A stretch of DNA of 64,000 bases from Felis catus. Taxonomy: Eukaryota. The stretch is from positions 42,782,001 to 42,846,000 of the forward strand of contig NC_058368.1 of assembly GCF_018350175.1 (NCBI RefSeq). Direction: 5' to 3'. Within the stretch, counting starts at the first letter, position 1. Each line of letters begins with the position of its first letter. The notes beneath the pieces are model-generated. The model saw only the letters and a program-made list of their open reading frames with translations, did not search any database and was not told the origin of the DNA. Shown here piece by piece: positions 25,095-38,131 of the stretch. The position numbers and the translations under genes were made by a program.

Positions 25095-25337
25095 TTATCA
25101 ACTTTGTTTTTTTATTATTTTTTTAAATGTTTATTTATTTTTGAGAGAGAGAGAGAGAGACAGAACAGAACATGAGTGAGGTTGGGACAGAGAGAAAGGG
25201 AGACACAGAATATGAAGCAGGCTCAAGGCTCTGAGCTGTCAGCACAGAGCCTGACATGGGGCTCTAACTCATGAACAGTGAGATCATGACTTGAGCCAAA
25301 GTCAGACATTTCACTCACTGAACCACCCAGGTGCCCC
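25095..25337 (-). mobile_element. Can-SINE (SINEC_Fc-like)
   Basis: Perfect 16-bp TSD tagtttcccattcttt (25079-25094 / 25338-25353). Confidence 0.96.
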
Positions 25338-25357
25338 TAGTTTCCCATTCTTTGAAT

Positions 25358-26260
25358 CACTCAAAAATCATTATTAAATGCCTGCTCTGAACCAGACATT
25401 GTCCTTAGTGTGGGGGAATAGCAATGACATAACAGCTTCTTGGGCCATGCTTTACTATATTTGAGAGGAGAGGAGATAAATCACAAATAAGTAAAAAGTA
25501 AAAAATAAGTGTACTAATCATTGTCACACATATTCATTATCACATTGTAAATTCTGCGAAGGTGATAAAAACAGGGTGTTATACCAAAGAGTATGGGTTG
25601 CAGAAAGGGATCACGTCAGACAGGGTCAGTGAGGAAGTTCTCTCAGGGGAGGTAACGTTTGGACAGTGGCCAGAATTAAGTGAATTAGTCATGCATGTGA
25701 AGATCTGGGTGGAAAGCCTTCTGTGAAAAGAGTAGCGCAAATGAACAACACTACTCTCTATTGAGTTGGAATTATTAGAAGATCAGAAAGAAGGAGAGCA
25801 TTTCGGAGGCTGAGTGGGAGAAGCAGAAAAGACGCCAGCTCAAAGATGGTATGTAAGACTCAGGCAAGGACCAGTTCATATAGGACCTTGTAGAAGTCAG
25901 GAGGTCAAACTTTATTCCACATGCAATAAGATATCATTGGAGGATTTGGGAAAGAAAGGATTTGATTTACATTTTATTTTTTTTAAATTTTTTTCAACGT
26001 TTATTTATTTTTGGGACAGAGAGAGACAGAGCATGAACGGGCGAGGGGCAGAGAGAGAGGGAGACACAGAATCGGAAACAGGCTCCAGGCTCCGAGCCAT
26101 CAGCCCAGAGCCCGACACGGGGCTCGAACTCACGGACCGCGAGATCGTGACCTGGCTGAAGTCGGACGCTTAACCGACTGCGCCACCCAGGCGCCCCTTT
26201 GATTTACATTTTAAAAGCTCTCTCAAGAGGTAGGAAGAGAATAGTCCAGGAGCAAGAGAG
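25358..26260 (-). mobile_element. L2 fragment, interrupted by a SINE
   Basis: cactcaaaaatcattattaaatgcctgctctgaaccagacattgtcc...actttattcc...tttgatttacattttaaaag is an antisense L2 3' region. Confidence 0.7.
25977..26197 (-). mobile_element. Young felid Can-SINE (SINEC_Fc)
   Basis: CpG-intact copy; perfect 16-bp TSD tttgatttacatttta (25961-25976 / 26198-26213). Confidence 0.98.
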
Positions 26261-29200
26261 CAAACAGTCCCTTTTTGAAGGGCTTTCACAGACTAGCAGT
26301 TTGACCTCTTTTGGGAATCACAACGTTCTTTTTACAATGTCTTCAGAAAAAAATCAATTTATCTGGTTTAAATCCTAAGAAAAGTCAAATATCTGCCAAG
26401 TAATTAGTTTGCATTTATTTGATGGATGATTATACATCACGTTACTGATAACTGTGTTGCTTCCTGGACCCCAAGTAAAAGTGTAAGGAATCCCATGCAG
26501 CCCATTATGTGCAATGTATGTATCACTGATTCTTAAGTTCCTTCTTTTCTCTTTGTCTTACCTTTCTCACTTATATCCAAACATTTTACAATGTATCATG
26601 CATAGCTATATAATATACAGTGTACAGCTTTGGAATCAGATTTTAATCCTCTGTTTGGGTTTCTTTAATTTGAATAAGTGGAAGAGAAAGTCATTGTTGG
26701 ATGATTAATAACCTAATTAATCATTAAAATTAGATAGATGTACAAATTCCTAGGCATTATATCAATTTATGTTCCATGTGTCACTTAAATTTCAATAAAC
26801 CTTAATAGATTTTTGTGTTATATAGTCATCTTCACTACCAAAATAAATAAACACTGTGGCTCTAAGCAGAAAACAATGAAAGATAGTGGTATACATTATA
26901 AAAGACTGATACAGGATCAAATCCTAAATCCTTAATTTATAAAATGTTACTTAAAACCAGAAATTGTAGCTCACTATTTTTCACAATTATAAAGAATATT
27001 ACATTTATTTTAAAAGGTATTTTCATAGTTTACATATGTATTTGATTTATTCCAAAGATTCTTTTCATACTGTAACTAACTATATATATTATTATCACTG
27101 ATTTATGAAGCATTCAGTGTGAGTTTCTTAACCCGCTGAAATTTTATGACATTTGTGGATTTCATTATATATGCACGTAGATATATACATACACAGATGT
27201 GCTTATCATATTCAATGTCAGGACTGAATTTTAATATTTTTACATTATATGATTTTGCAAATATATATAATGGCTGAGGTTTTTAAAATAAAGTTTTAGA
27301 ACTATTGACATCCCATGGAAGACAATAGAAAATGTACTTAACCAGAAATGTTAGATCAAGTTTTAAAAGTCAGAAAATAGTGTCAAGAAAATCTACTGTT
27401 ATTGTTCATAAATCAGTGTGTGTAGAATTAAAAATGTGACAATGTTTTAAGTTAGACTTCATGAAAAACCTATACAGTTTTGAGAGCATGTCTTGACGTT
27501 TAAAGTATATGCAGCAACTCATTGTATAAAAATGGCCTAGTTCCCAAGACAGCAGCTCAAATATATTCTCTACCTGAAAAACATCTGCAAAGCTGCCTGC
27601 ATTTTGCAAAATTGTTTGCCAATGGAACACAGAACAAAATATTCAAAACACAATAGACAGAAGGAAATTTAAGAAAATTAAGATAGTATGTCTTCATGAT
27701 TATATGTTATGTTTAAAGATCTCACCTTATGTCAAAAGCTTTAAATAAAAATTTGCTTTAGCAATTTGTGTTTACTTTTTGCAAGTGTTTATGCCATGTA
27801 ACATGGAATCTAATGATATATATTATCTATCTGTATCTATCAATATCAGGAGATGCTATAATTTTTATATTTATAAAGGTGCATGATGACATCTCATATA
27901 ATACTTAGTTGTTGATTAGTTAATCATTAATGATTTGAGTAATTAATGTGTTTAATGTTTAAAATGTTTTATATGAATTGTCATTACATTTTCATAAAAA
28001 TTCCAGGAATCCGATATCCTTCTTGCTTTACTTATAAATAAGAAAATTCATACACATAAAATTTAGATATATATCAAGTACTAAGTAGCAGATCTGGACT
28101 AAGACTGACCTATCTTGGTCAGTGTATATTGAGCTAGTCATATAGCATTAAAGAAAATCCTTTCTAGTTGAAACTTAGAGATTCTCTGTACTTTTTGTTT
28201 TTGTAGTAGACATCATTCTGTTAAATAAAATTCAAAAGCAAATGCACCTTCTTCTAAGTACAGTCATCCTCCAGATGGCGAGTTATTTTTTTCCTCACTA
28301 TATTCTCCAAGGCTTTCCTCCACTATCTTCATCTGGATAACAATTGCATCTTTTAAAACAAAAGGAATCTTGTGTTCTCAGCGCTGAAGACTGTAAGCTT
28401 CTGCTGTATTACCTCTCAGCCTTCTATCACCCCAATGCACTCCTTTTTGTTCCCTATTTCCTATTGCTCCTAGATTGGTGTGTATGTGATTTTTATTCTG
28501 ATACATTAAATTTAGAGAAAATTGGTGAAAATAGTACAAGAAATTACAGTCTATCTTTTACACAATTCAGAAAATATCCACTTCCTTTATTATTCTCTTA
28601 TATACACATACATTTTTCTTGTCTATTTAAAAGTTATGAACTCTTAAATATTTCAATTAAATATTTCAATATATACTTCCTCAGAAATTCTCTGACATAA
28701 CCACAGTTCATTATCAAAATCTGGAAAGTTGTCATTATTACAATATCCTGGTTCATACTCAAATTTTATCAGTTGCTCTAATGATATTTTATAACTATTT
28801 ATCCTGCTCCAAAAACCAATCCAAGATGATGCATTTCGTTGCCTTGTTTTCTTAAGCTCTTTAAATCTGGAACACATGCTATCTTTATTTGCCTTTCTTG
28901 ATGTTGACATTTTTGGACTATGGGCCTGCCTGTGATTTTGTAAAGTGTACCTCAGTTGGGATAATAGATATTTCCCGATGATTAGGTCCAGGCTATGCAT
29001 AGAGTGTTGTATTTTATGTCCATGTCAAGATAAAAAACAAGTCCCTCACTCCAGAAGCTTTTCCCAATAAACCATGTCCCTCTACCTTCCAGTGTCAATA
29101 ATCATTATTTTTTCCACAATATATTTGTTTTACCTGTTCTCAAACTGCCTATACATACTTTTGTAACAAACTGCTAAGACTTTTCCCATCTTTCCGTGTT

Positions 29201-30117
29201 ACTCACAGTTTATAGTGTGTCTATTTTCCTAAACGTATTTTGTAGAGAAGTATTTAATTTCAGTGAAGTTTGATTAATTTTATTCTTTTCTTATTTTTTC
29301 TATGTCTAGTCTATGAATACTTTGCTTAACCCAAGGTTGCAATGTTATTAAAATAATTTTGTGTGTAGAATGATATAGGAGTCTGAATTTTTTTCCCCAT
29401 ATGTACATTCAGTTTTTCTAGTACCATTTGTTAAAAAATATTTGTCTTTACTTACTGGATTTCTTGAGTGCCATAGTGGAAAGACAATGTTGAGACTATT
29501 TCTGTTTGGGCCCTATGTTCTGTTTCTTTCTTTTATTTATTTGGTTCTCCTTATTTGGTTTTATTTTAGTTTTGTATTGAATCTTAATTTCAAGTTCTCC
29601 AAATTTGTTCTTCAGGATTTCTCTATGTATACTAGGTACTCACCTCAATGTTTTCATATGAATTTTAGGATTCATCAAATCTTACTGATATTTTTTTAAA
29701 CATTTCGAGTCCTGTAATCCATGAATCTGATATATCTCTCCATGTTTTAAGGTCTCTTTAAATTCCTCTTAACAACATTTTGTAGACTTTTATACAGACA
29801 ACTTGTCCATCTACAGCCTAATTTTTCTAACATGTTTATATTTTAACACTTTTAAAACTATTTTAAGCTGTATTCTTCTACTTTGCTCTAAATTATAGAA
29901 GTTAAATTGATTCTTACATATTGAATTTGTATCCCATGAACTTTCAGGATTTGTTTATAGTTTAGTTGTTTTGTAGATCCCTGAGGATTTTATGCATTAG
30001 GGTTCTATATAAATAATCCTATCTGTGAATAGGGGCAGTTATATTTCTTTCACTTTTATCTTTACTCTATTAAAAAATATTTTTTTCTTGCTTTTTGTTG
30101 TGGTCACTTGTAAAATT

Positions 30118-30327
30118 TTAATGTTTATCTGTTTTTGAGAGAGACAGAGAGAGTGAGTGTGCAGAAGCAGGGGAGGGGCAGAGGGAGAGGGTGAGAGAGA
30201 ATCCCAGCCAGGCTTCTCACTGTCAGCACAGAGCCCAATGTGGGGCTTGACCCACGAACCATGAGATCATGACCTGAGCCGAAATCAAGAGTTGAACTAT
30301 TAACCGACTGAGCCACTCAGGTGCCCC
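30118..30327 (-). mobile_element. Can-SINE
   Basis: TSD core acttgtaaaatt (30106-30117 / 30331-30342). Confidence 0.95.
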
Positions 30328-30453
30328 ATTACTTGTAAAATTGTAAACAGAAGTGTGGAGAAAATAATTCCTTGCCTCATTGAAGGTATTTGTGAGAAAA
30401 GCACTAAATCCTTTAGGATTAACTATGTTAGAGATTTTTTAAAGATGCTTTTT

Positions 30454-30678
30454 TTTAAAAAAAAAAAATCTTTTTCAACGTTTATTTATTTTTGGGACAG
30501 AGAGAGACAGAGCATGAACGGGGGAGGGGCAGAGAGAGAGGGAGACACAGAATCGGAAACGGGCTCCAGGCTCTGAGCCATCAGCCCAGAGCCTGACGCG
30601 GGGCTCGAACTCACGGACCGCGAGATCGTGACCTGGCTAAAGTCGGACGCTTAACCGACTGCGCCACCCAGGCGCCCC
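30454..30678 (-). mobile_element. Young felid Can-SINE (SINEC_Fc)
   Basis: CpG-intact copy; TSD taaagatgcttttt (30440-30453 / 30679-30692). Confidence 0.98.
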
Positions 30679-32326
30679 TAAAGATGCTTTTTATTCATTT
30701 CTAATTTGCTGGGTTTTTGAAAAGCCTAAAAGTTTTCAATTTTGTCATGCAATTTTTAAAAATCTTCTGAGATGACCATGTAATTGTGCTCATTTTTCTG
30801 TTAATGTAACGATTGATTACTTTTTATGAGTTAACCATTTCTGCCTTTTTGGGGTAAACATAACTTGGGCATGTTGTATTACATTTTACCGTATTGGTGA
30901 ATTTTATTTTCTGACATTTTCAAGGATTTTCTCATCTATATTTATGATGGTTATATATATACTTTTTGATAATCTTTTATTATGTTTTGGTGTTAAGGTT
31001 GTAGTATTAAGGTATTAAGGCATCAGAAAATGAGTTAGGACATATTCCCACTTTCTCTATATTCTAAAAGGATTTGAATAAATTTTGTTTTATTTCTTCT
31101 TTGTAGATTTCATTAGTAAAGTTATTTGTGCTTAAAGTTTTTGTTGTGTGAAGATTTGAATTCATTTGAAATGAATGAAAATAAATGCCTCTGCCATCGA
31201 ATTGGCATTATCTGTTTGGCCTATCTGTTTATTTTATTCTAAGCTTGTTCCGGCTACTTACCTTGAATGTTGTACAGATTTGAACTCACCTTGAAACTGT
31301 GAAACACTCTTTTACTAAACTCCAAATCTTCATTAACAACATTTTAATTTTCCTTAGCTTTTGTGTTTTGGAATTAATTCCTAATAAAGCATAACTATGT
31401 CATCTGTAAATGGGGAAATGATTTGATGTTCTTTTGCTGTGGTCATAGCATTATTCTTTTTTTTAATAAAATTTTGTTTATTAAATTTATTAAATAAATT
31501 TATGTTTCTTTTATCTAACACGATAATGTTCTTAGAAATGAGATGTAGACTGTTTCTAAATACAACTGACAGTAAATGAGTTAAGTTTTAAGAAAGCTAA
31601 AGCCAAAATACTCTTACTTCTGACCTCATCTCATATAGTATGACTTTATAAGGCAAGAGTAAGTGGACTGATTGGCTTACTTTTTTGAGTCTGGTATTTT
31701 ATAATTTCCTAATAATATGATTCCTAACAAACCAATATAAAAATGCTGAGCAAGTGTGAACAAACTACTGAAGTATGCAACTAACACTAATTTCATTGTT
31801 TTTCTGTGTTCAGGTAGAAAGGGAACAATTTCACTGGAAATAAGGTGGATACTTTTGAAGGTTTCTGTAATAAAATAAAAATGATCACTTACTTACTTAT
31901 CAATTATTGGTAGGAAATAGTCTGCCAGCACTGGGAGAATAAAAAAATACGTAAAAGTAGGAAGTATGTGAAAATGTGACATATAACACTTTATATACTA
32001 TATAGGCTGAGATGTTTGTCAATAATATGGTGTCAGAAAGGGTGCCAAATCAGAATAGTTTACCTTTTGTCAATTGCTTATTTATTGTAGCTTAGAAATC
32101 AATATAGAGTATGGTTTCTTTTTTTGAGATTGCATATTATTTAAAGACAAATGTTTTCATTTCAGCAGATATCAAAATCTTTCATATTAGATTAATCTTA
32201 TCTTCACTTTTGGACTTTTCACTACTTTAGAGACAGCATTGTGCATTATTAATTTTTGTACTTTGGCTCTCTCTGAGGTAGTGCTCATTCAATATATTAT
32301 TTGGAAATATTTAAACTTGATGGATT

Positions 32327-32496
32327 AAATATTTTAGTAATATTTAATAAATATTATATACTAAATAAAACTAAATATTTAATATTAATATTAATATTAA
32401 TTAATATTAAATTAATTAATATTAATTAATATTAAAATAATATTAATATTTAATAAATATTATATACTAAATAAAACTAAAATATTTTAGTAATAT
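32327..32496. repeat. AT-rich array with nested direct repeats and palindromic units
   Basis: 17-bp direct repeat at both ends, 38-bp direct repeat inside it, core of taatatta/attaat units. Confidence 0.9.
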
Positions 32497-35058
32497 GAGT
32501 GTCTATTCATCCATTAATGGACACAAATTTCTCAAAAGACCTAATATGATCTATATTAGAAGAATTATATTGCCTTCAATCTGAGTAACTTCCAGCTTCA
32601 TCAGAAAGTCCCTACTCCATGATTAGTTAATTAAGGCTGTATATTTTAACAAAGACTGCTTACTCACTTGTGAAAACAGAAGGTTGTAATTTTAGTTCTG
32701 TGCTTTGTCTGATCTCTTTCTGAAGACAGATGAGAAAAGCAGCCCATTTGAAATGTCTAAAATATGACATTCCAGGCCTTATGATATTTTATTGAACTTG
32801 ATTACCACATCATTAATTGTCAGGACTGAAGTTATTTTCTTGATCTTCTCATAAGAGTTGTTTTATTTATCAATCCTTCACTTGAAATGATCTTGATGTA
32901 TTTTGAAACATGATTTCCTCTTTTCTTAGCATTACATCATATTAGAACCAGATTGAATGACATTCCCAGAAGCAGAATATATCAGATTCTATTGTTTTTG
33001 TTTCTTTTCAAAATATTGAGTAGAAAGGTCACTCTATTGTTTCCAATACTGAATCTTTTAGAGGTATGAAAAAAGTAAAATTTACAAAGATCTTGGCATC
33101 TAGGTTAGTACTGCTATAATTGTATTTCAGCATTTGGCTTCAGTTAATTTTTCCAGGACGATCTCATAAATTGCAGATATACTACTCACTTCAAAATGGT
33201 ACTAGATTTTCTTCAAGATGTTTGTCCACAAAATTCATCCCCTAAACCTCTTTATTTATAAATAAATTTCATTGAGTGCATTCTTACCAGATAGTCAAAT
33301 ACAACTACAGTTTTTTCCTTTGTTTGTAACCAAAGAACAAAACCTTATCATTAGAGAGGGATATGAGACTCAGTTACTGGCATAAATAATAATGAGATAT
33401 TTTATAGTGGATGAATTACACCATGTCACCTGTAATACTGCTGACACATTCTTGGAAAAAAAAACTAGTATTTAGTTTGAAGGGAAATGTAGTAAAATGA
33501 CAGCTCTAATTTAATTTGTGTTGATACATAATCATGTGAAGGTAACTAACATATTGAACTAGCATTTTGTCACTTCTGGTGAAGTATAACCATGAAACTG
33601 TGCCATTATAATTACTTTTAATAAATTACTGACATTATTAAAGTGCATGAATGCACAACGTTCAGCTTGCCCCAGTTTGTCTACCTTTATGTTACAGACG
33701 CCATAATTTTCTCTTTTACTTTGGGATGGCTTTCTGTACAGAGGAACTCTAAATCTTTCCCATCCCATAAATACGTGAACATAAACCCATGATTTATTAC
33801 AATTTAGCTTCTGTTTCTGTGGAGGAGGTTTACTGTGCTGAGAAAACTCATTAATCTCATTCACAGTTCGTAGTATAAACATAACCTTTACAATATATAA
33901 CAGAACAAATTATGTGTTTGTGTGATTTACTGTCTCTGCTTTGGAAAAAGAACAAATTGTAGTGTTTTTTCTACTTTTAGTTTCAATATTCATTGATAAG
34001 TTTGTACTTTTAACCCAAACCAGGTATAAAATACATTATTTTTCACTTTGACATGTGTTCTTGCATTTACTCTGTATAAAAAGAAATACCAAGATGTGAT
34101 TTGACAAGAAACAAACTTTAGAGTAAAACTATCTGCTGTTGTGTTTGTGTGTTATGAAACTGGCTTGTGATACTGAATGTGATTGTGGATACAATCTTAT
34201 ATATACGCAATTCTATGGTATCTTTTAAACTCCATTTCATGTTAACTTACTACAGGATTTCTTTAAAGGAAATGCACTTAAAAGCATACACTTTTAATTT
34301 GTGCAGAATAACTTCTTTATTTTGTACGGTTTTTGCTAAGTCACTACAGATTCCCCTGAGACCCAACAGTTGAGTTTTAAAGATGTAACTGTGGTAATAA
34401 GAAAAAAGTTCTGCCACCACCTCATGAGATTTGTTTTAAATCCTTTCTCGTCTGTTTCATTTGTGTTTGCAATTTTCTGAAAATTTTATTTTACTCAATT
34501 TCTTCTCTTTCTAAACATTTGTATTTTAAAAAGATAATTCTTCTTACATCAAATTAGACTTTCTCAGTGAAAGCATTCTAGCATCACTTATTGATTTGCA
34601 AAATGATAATTTCCAACAATTAGTGGAAGGGAATACTGCTTTTTTTGGGTTCATAATCTGCAGTATGCACATTTTATTTTTAAGTAGCTAAGATTAACCT
34701 ATGAATTGAGTTATATAAGGTTAACTATAAGATATTTACCTATCAATTAACTCATCAATTAAAAGACTATTTTAACTTGTTAAAAGGTACTTTTTTAAAT
34801 AAATAGTCATCCAATGGAAGGGTAATTTTTCTTTTTAAATTTACTTGGATAGAATATTCTGAGAGGTATTCATGAAGGATCTTTGCCCTAGGACTGAAAG
34901 AGAAATACTGCTTACAAGCACTAGGGTGGCTTTAAAATATATTCTAGTAATCAAGAACAATTTAAAAGGAAATCTACTCATTACTTTTATTGGTCTGTCA
35001 TATCTGAAAGCACATCCTTTAGCTGTCAACCAACTGTTGTCCCCAAGCCTGCCAAAAA

Positions 35059-35075
35059 GGCAGTAGAGGGCACTG
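35059..35075 (+). promoter_or_regulatory. Candidate CTCF-binding motif
   Basis: ggcagtagagggcactg matches the CTCF core CCASYAGRKGGCRSY except at the first C; it lies in unique sequence. Motif match only. Confidence 0.4.
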
Positions 35076-36745
35076 TGAGAATGTGACAATAGAGCAAAGA
35101 TATTGACTACTTTCAGCAGGATACCTTGAAACGCCGCAGACAAAGAAGGGGAGTCGTTTTTCAATCCTAAATTATCCTTGATTTACTGATCCTTGAGTGG
35201 AGAGTCACCTGTCAGAATCTGCTTCTTACCAAATGGATGTTTGGTGTTCAGTTGGCTCACATCTCAGTCTCTTGAAGCCTTTTCTCTGAACCAGACTTGG
35301 ACTGTAGGTCAATGTGCATCAGCATATGGCTTAATTTTCATCTGAGAGCTTTTTCCATAATACTCTGATAAATGGTGATTCTTTCCATCTGTCAATTTTC
35401 CTTGCCCCTTTGATCCCAGTATAGATTGAGCAAGGCTCTTACTCTGACTGCCAAAAACAAATTACTTTTGACAAAGAAAACTCTCAAATTCAAGGTACCT
35501 CTCTCATTTCCTTGCCTCCAAAGTGTCCTGGCCGATTGTATATGACAATGGCAATTTTGGAGTGGGATTTGAGCTCACAATAGCATCATGGTTGCCTCAA
35601 AGCGCAGCCCTGTGGTCAAATGCCTAATTTCTTGGCTAGTTTTTACTTTGTACTTCTTAACCAGGGAATAGGTGAAGAGGAGGGGCAAAATATTATCTGA
35701 ACAATTTACCCTAATTGCATTATTTAATCCAGGTCCATAGGTCTTATATTTTCTGAAAATTTGTCCCAGATCGTGAAAACCTGTCGACTGTCAGCTCTAC
35801 TGTTCTGCACTCAAACTATTTCTTATTTTTGGCTTTCCGTGAGTAGTTAGTAGAAAATTGAAAAATATTGCAGCAATAATTGCTAGCAAGACTCTATTTA
35901 TTATCAAAGTATCTACTTAGAGAAACTCGCTCCTACTCTTCTCTTACAAGATTAACATAAACCCAAACATTACAATTTATACTTTTCTAGTCTTCTATTG
36001 TTATCTTTGATATCTTGCTGATGCACTGTGATTGGAAAAATAACTCCAAAGAACTGAACCTACATTTACCTCTGAACGTTATACAACGTATATTTAAGTA
36101 TTCATAATGAATAAGAGAATGATAAAAAGTGGCAGAGCATTGCACCCAAATGCACCTACACCTACCAGCTTATGTATTTTCCAAATTAGTGTTATTTCAG
36201 GAAAGCATGTTGAAAGGAAGTTTAAGAATTCCATACTACATTATCCTTAATGTTTTTATATTTGTAAACAAAGCCTGAAGAGTAGCTGAAGAGTGAAACC
36301 AACTTGCAGAATCTGCAGTCAGGTATTCTAGATTTTGGTAGACACACAGACACAGTTGATGTTCAGCGCCTGGGACAGAAACAGTTGAGTCTGCTAAATT
36401 CAGAGCTAAATATATGTGATCCAAGATCATTGAAACTGTGCACAAAAGATACTATGGTATATACGTTTATTTTCTTGTACATTTATTTTATATGGTTAAT
36501 ATATAATTCCATACATATATGAATTTCTTGATTTCTAAAATTAATAAACCAATGTTAAAATATCACAGAGAAATTAAAAAAGGCAAAACATGAATTTGTA
36601 ATATACTCCTTGTTCTCAGACTCAAAGATCAGCACATAATTTGATCTGAAATGAATGGTGTGCTTTATAGTAAAGCAGGTAATGTATTGCTATTATATTT
36701 TATATGTGTGTTCCCTCCTTACCACTTCCTTACTGCATTAGTCCT

Positions 36746-36777
36746 CCCCACCCACCCCACCCCCCCCTCCCCCCCCC
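36746..36777 (-). repeat. C-rich tract (G-quadruplex-capable on the minus strand)
   Basis: Five runs of 3 or more C separated by single bases. Confidence 0.75.
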
Positions 36778-37079
36778 ATAACTCTGCTTAATTTTCCCTT
36801 AGTGGTAACAACATCTGGTGATTGTTCCTGTCCCGAGAGTGACTTTTCAGAAATTGGTGGGATGATCAGTGTGTATTTATATACTAGGATAATTTACTGC
36901 ATAAAATACCTTCCTAGTCCCTGGTATCTTACAGTAAAACAAAATGTGCTGTGACTTGCCAACTTCATTAGATCAGCAATTTTACTGGCATTATTTTTGC
37001 AAGCATTAAGCTTTTGGAAGCAACATTAAATAAGCTTTATTTTCTGTTTAAAGTAAGTAAAGAAAAATAGTCATGATGT

Positions 37080-37293
37080 GTTAAGTGCTTATCATGCATC
37101 AGACACTCTAATGATAGTCTGCATGCGTCATTTCTAATCCTCATGACGGCTATGTTCAGCCAGTCTTATCAGCATTTTAAAACCAGGTAAGTGAAGCTCA
37201 GAGAGCTTAAAACACTGCTGAATGTAAACCCAGTATGCAAAGCCAGGCCCTCTGAGAGCACAATTCTTGCTCTCTCTACCATGTCCAGCTGCC
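37080..37293 (-). mobile_element. MIR
   Basis: ttaagtgcttatcatgcatcagacact...ctaatcctcatgac...gaagctcagagagcttaa...tctctctaccatgtccagctgcc. Confidence 0.7.
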
Positions 37294-37898
37294 ATCGCCA
37301 CTGTGTTCTTCTTGACCAATATTTAGGTCCGGGTTTGGACCGAGTGTTTCCCTTACAGATAATAGTTACATTCTTCAGCACAATGTGGAGGACCCTATGA
37401 GGAATAAGGATTCTGTTTTTGCTTTTTCTGGCCTTTCCTCAGTATTGGCCCATTCACTTGAATTTGTAATGGTCTGTGCAGAGCCAGACTTAAGTCTGTG
37501 CTGAGATTTAGAGACCATTTATTTGAAATAGCAGCTAAGACAAGCCCAAAATTAATTCTGGAGAAGAAATAATAAGCCTGGTCATAGTACACTCGATGCA
37601 AGTACCATGGTATTGTGGTGGTCATTTTTTTTCTGGATGTAGGATTTTTATTTGAGAATTTCATATGAGGGATTTCACACTGAATATCAGTGTCAGGAAT
37701 TCTTTTTTTCAACAGAGAAACTCTTTAATTTCTTTTAGGATTTTCAAAATGGTTTACTTTGTAAACAGAATCATGTTTCTGTATTTTATTAATTTCTAGA
37801 AATTTTGTAAACAAATCGTGTCTCCCTTTGAGTTAATATACAAAATAGTATAGCTTACAACCTAATGAATTTTTCTCATTTTTGGTCTTTACCTTTAG

Positions 37899-38131
37899 TT
37901 TTTTTTTTAATGTTTATTTATTTATCTTGAGCTAGAGAGAAAGAGAAAGAGAGAGCGTGTGCTAGCTGGGGAGGGGCAGAGAGAGGGAGAGAGAGAATCC
38001 CAAGCAGGCTCAGCACTGTCAGCACAAAGCCTGACCTAGGGCTCGAACTCACAAACCATGAGATGATGACCTGAGCCAAAATCAAAACTCAGACGTCAGA
38101 TGTTTAACTGACTGAGCCAGACAAAAGCCCC
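37899..38131 (-). mobile_element. Can-SINE
   Basis: Antisense tail, AG tract and body; degenerate TSD tacctttagtttttt / taccttttgtctttt. Confidence 0.93.

Larger units (their letters stand above)
28490..31150 (-). mobile_element. Old L1 (L1MC4/5-like 3' end plus ORF2 fragments), interrupted by two SINEs
   Basis: Antisense L1MC-type 3'UTR (cataaccacagttcattatcaaaatctggaaa; tctttaaatctggaaca) followed by antisense ORF2 motifs (tttgcttaacccaaggttgcaa; taccatttgttaaaaa; catcagaaaatgagttagga). May be more than one element. Confidence 0.75.

Noticed and set aside
25814..26202. ORFs of 119 and 63 aa (also 8331-8582, 30355-30576, 41464-41670 and 49389-49571)
   Set aside because: Read-through of Can-SINE sequence; the same peptide recurs at each SINE copy.
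19097..38131. Run of eight consecutive minus-strand SINEs
   Set aside because: The overall orientation is balanced (12 plus, 12 minus), and a run like this among 24 elements is weak evidence alone.
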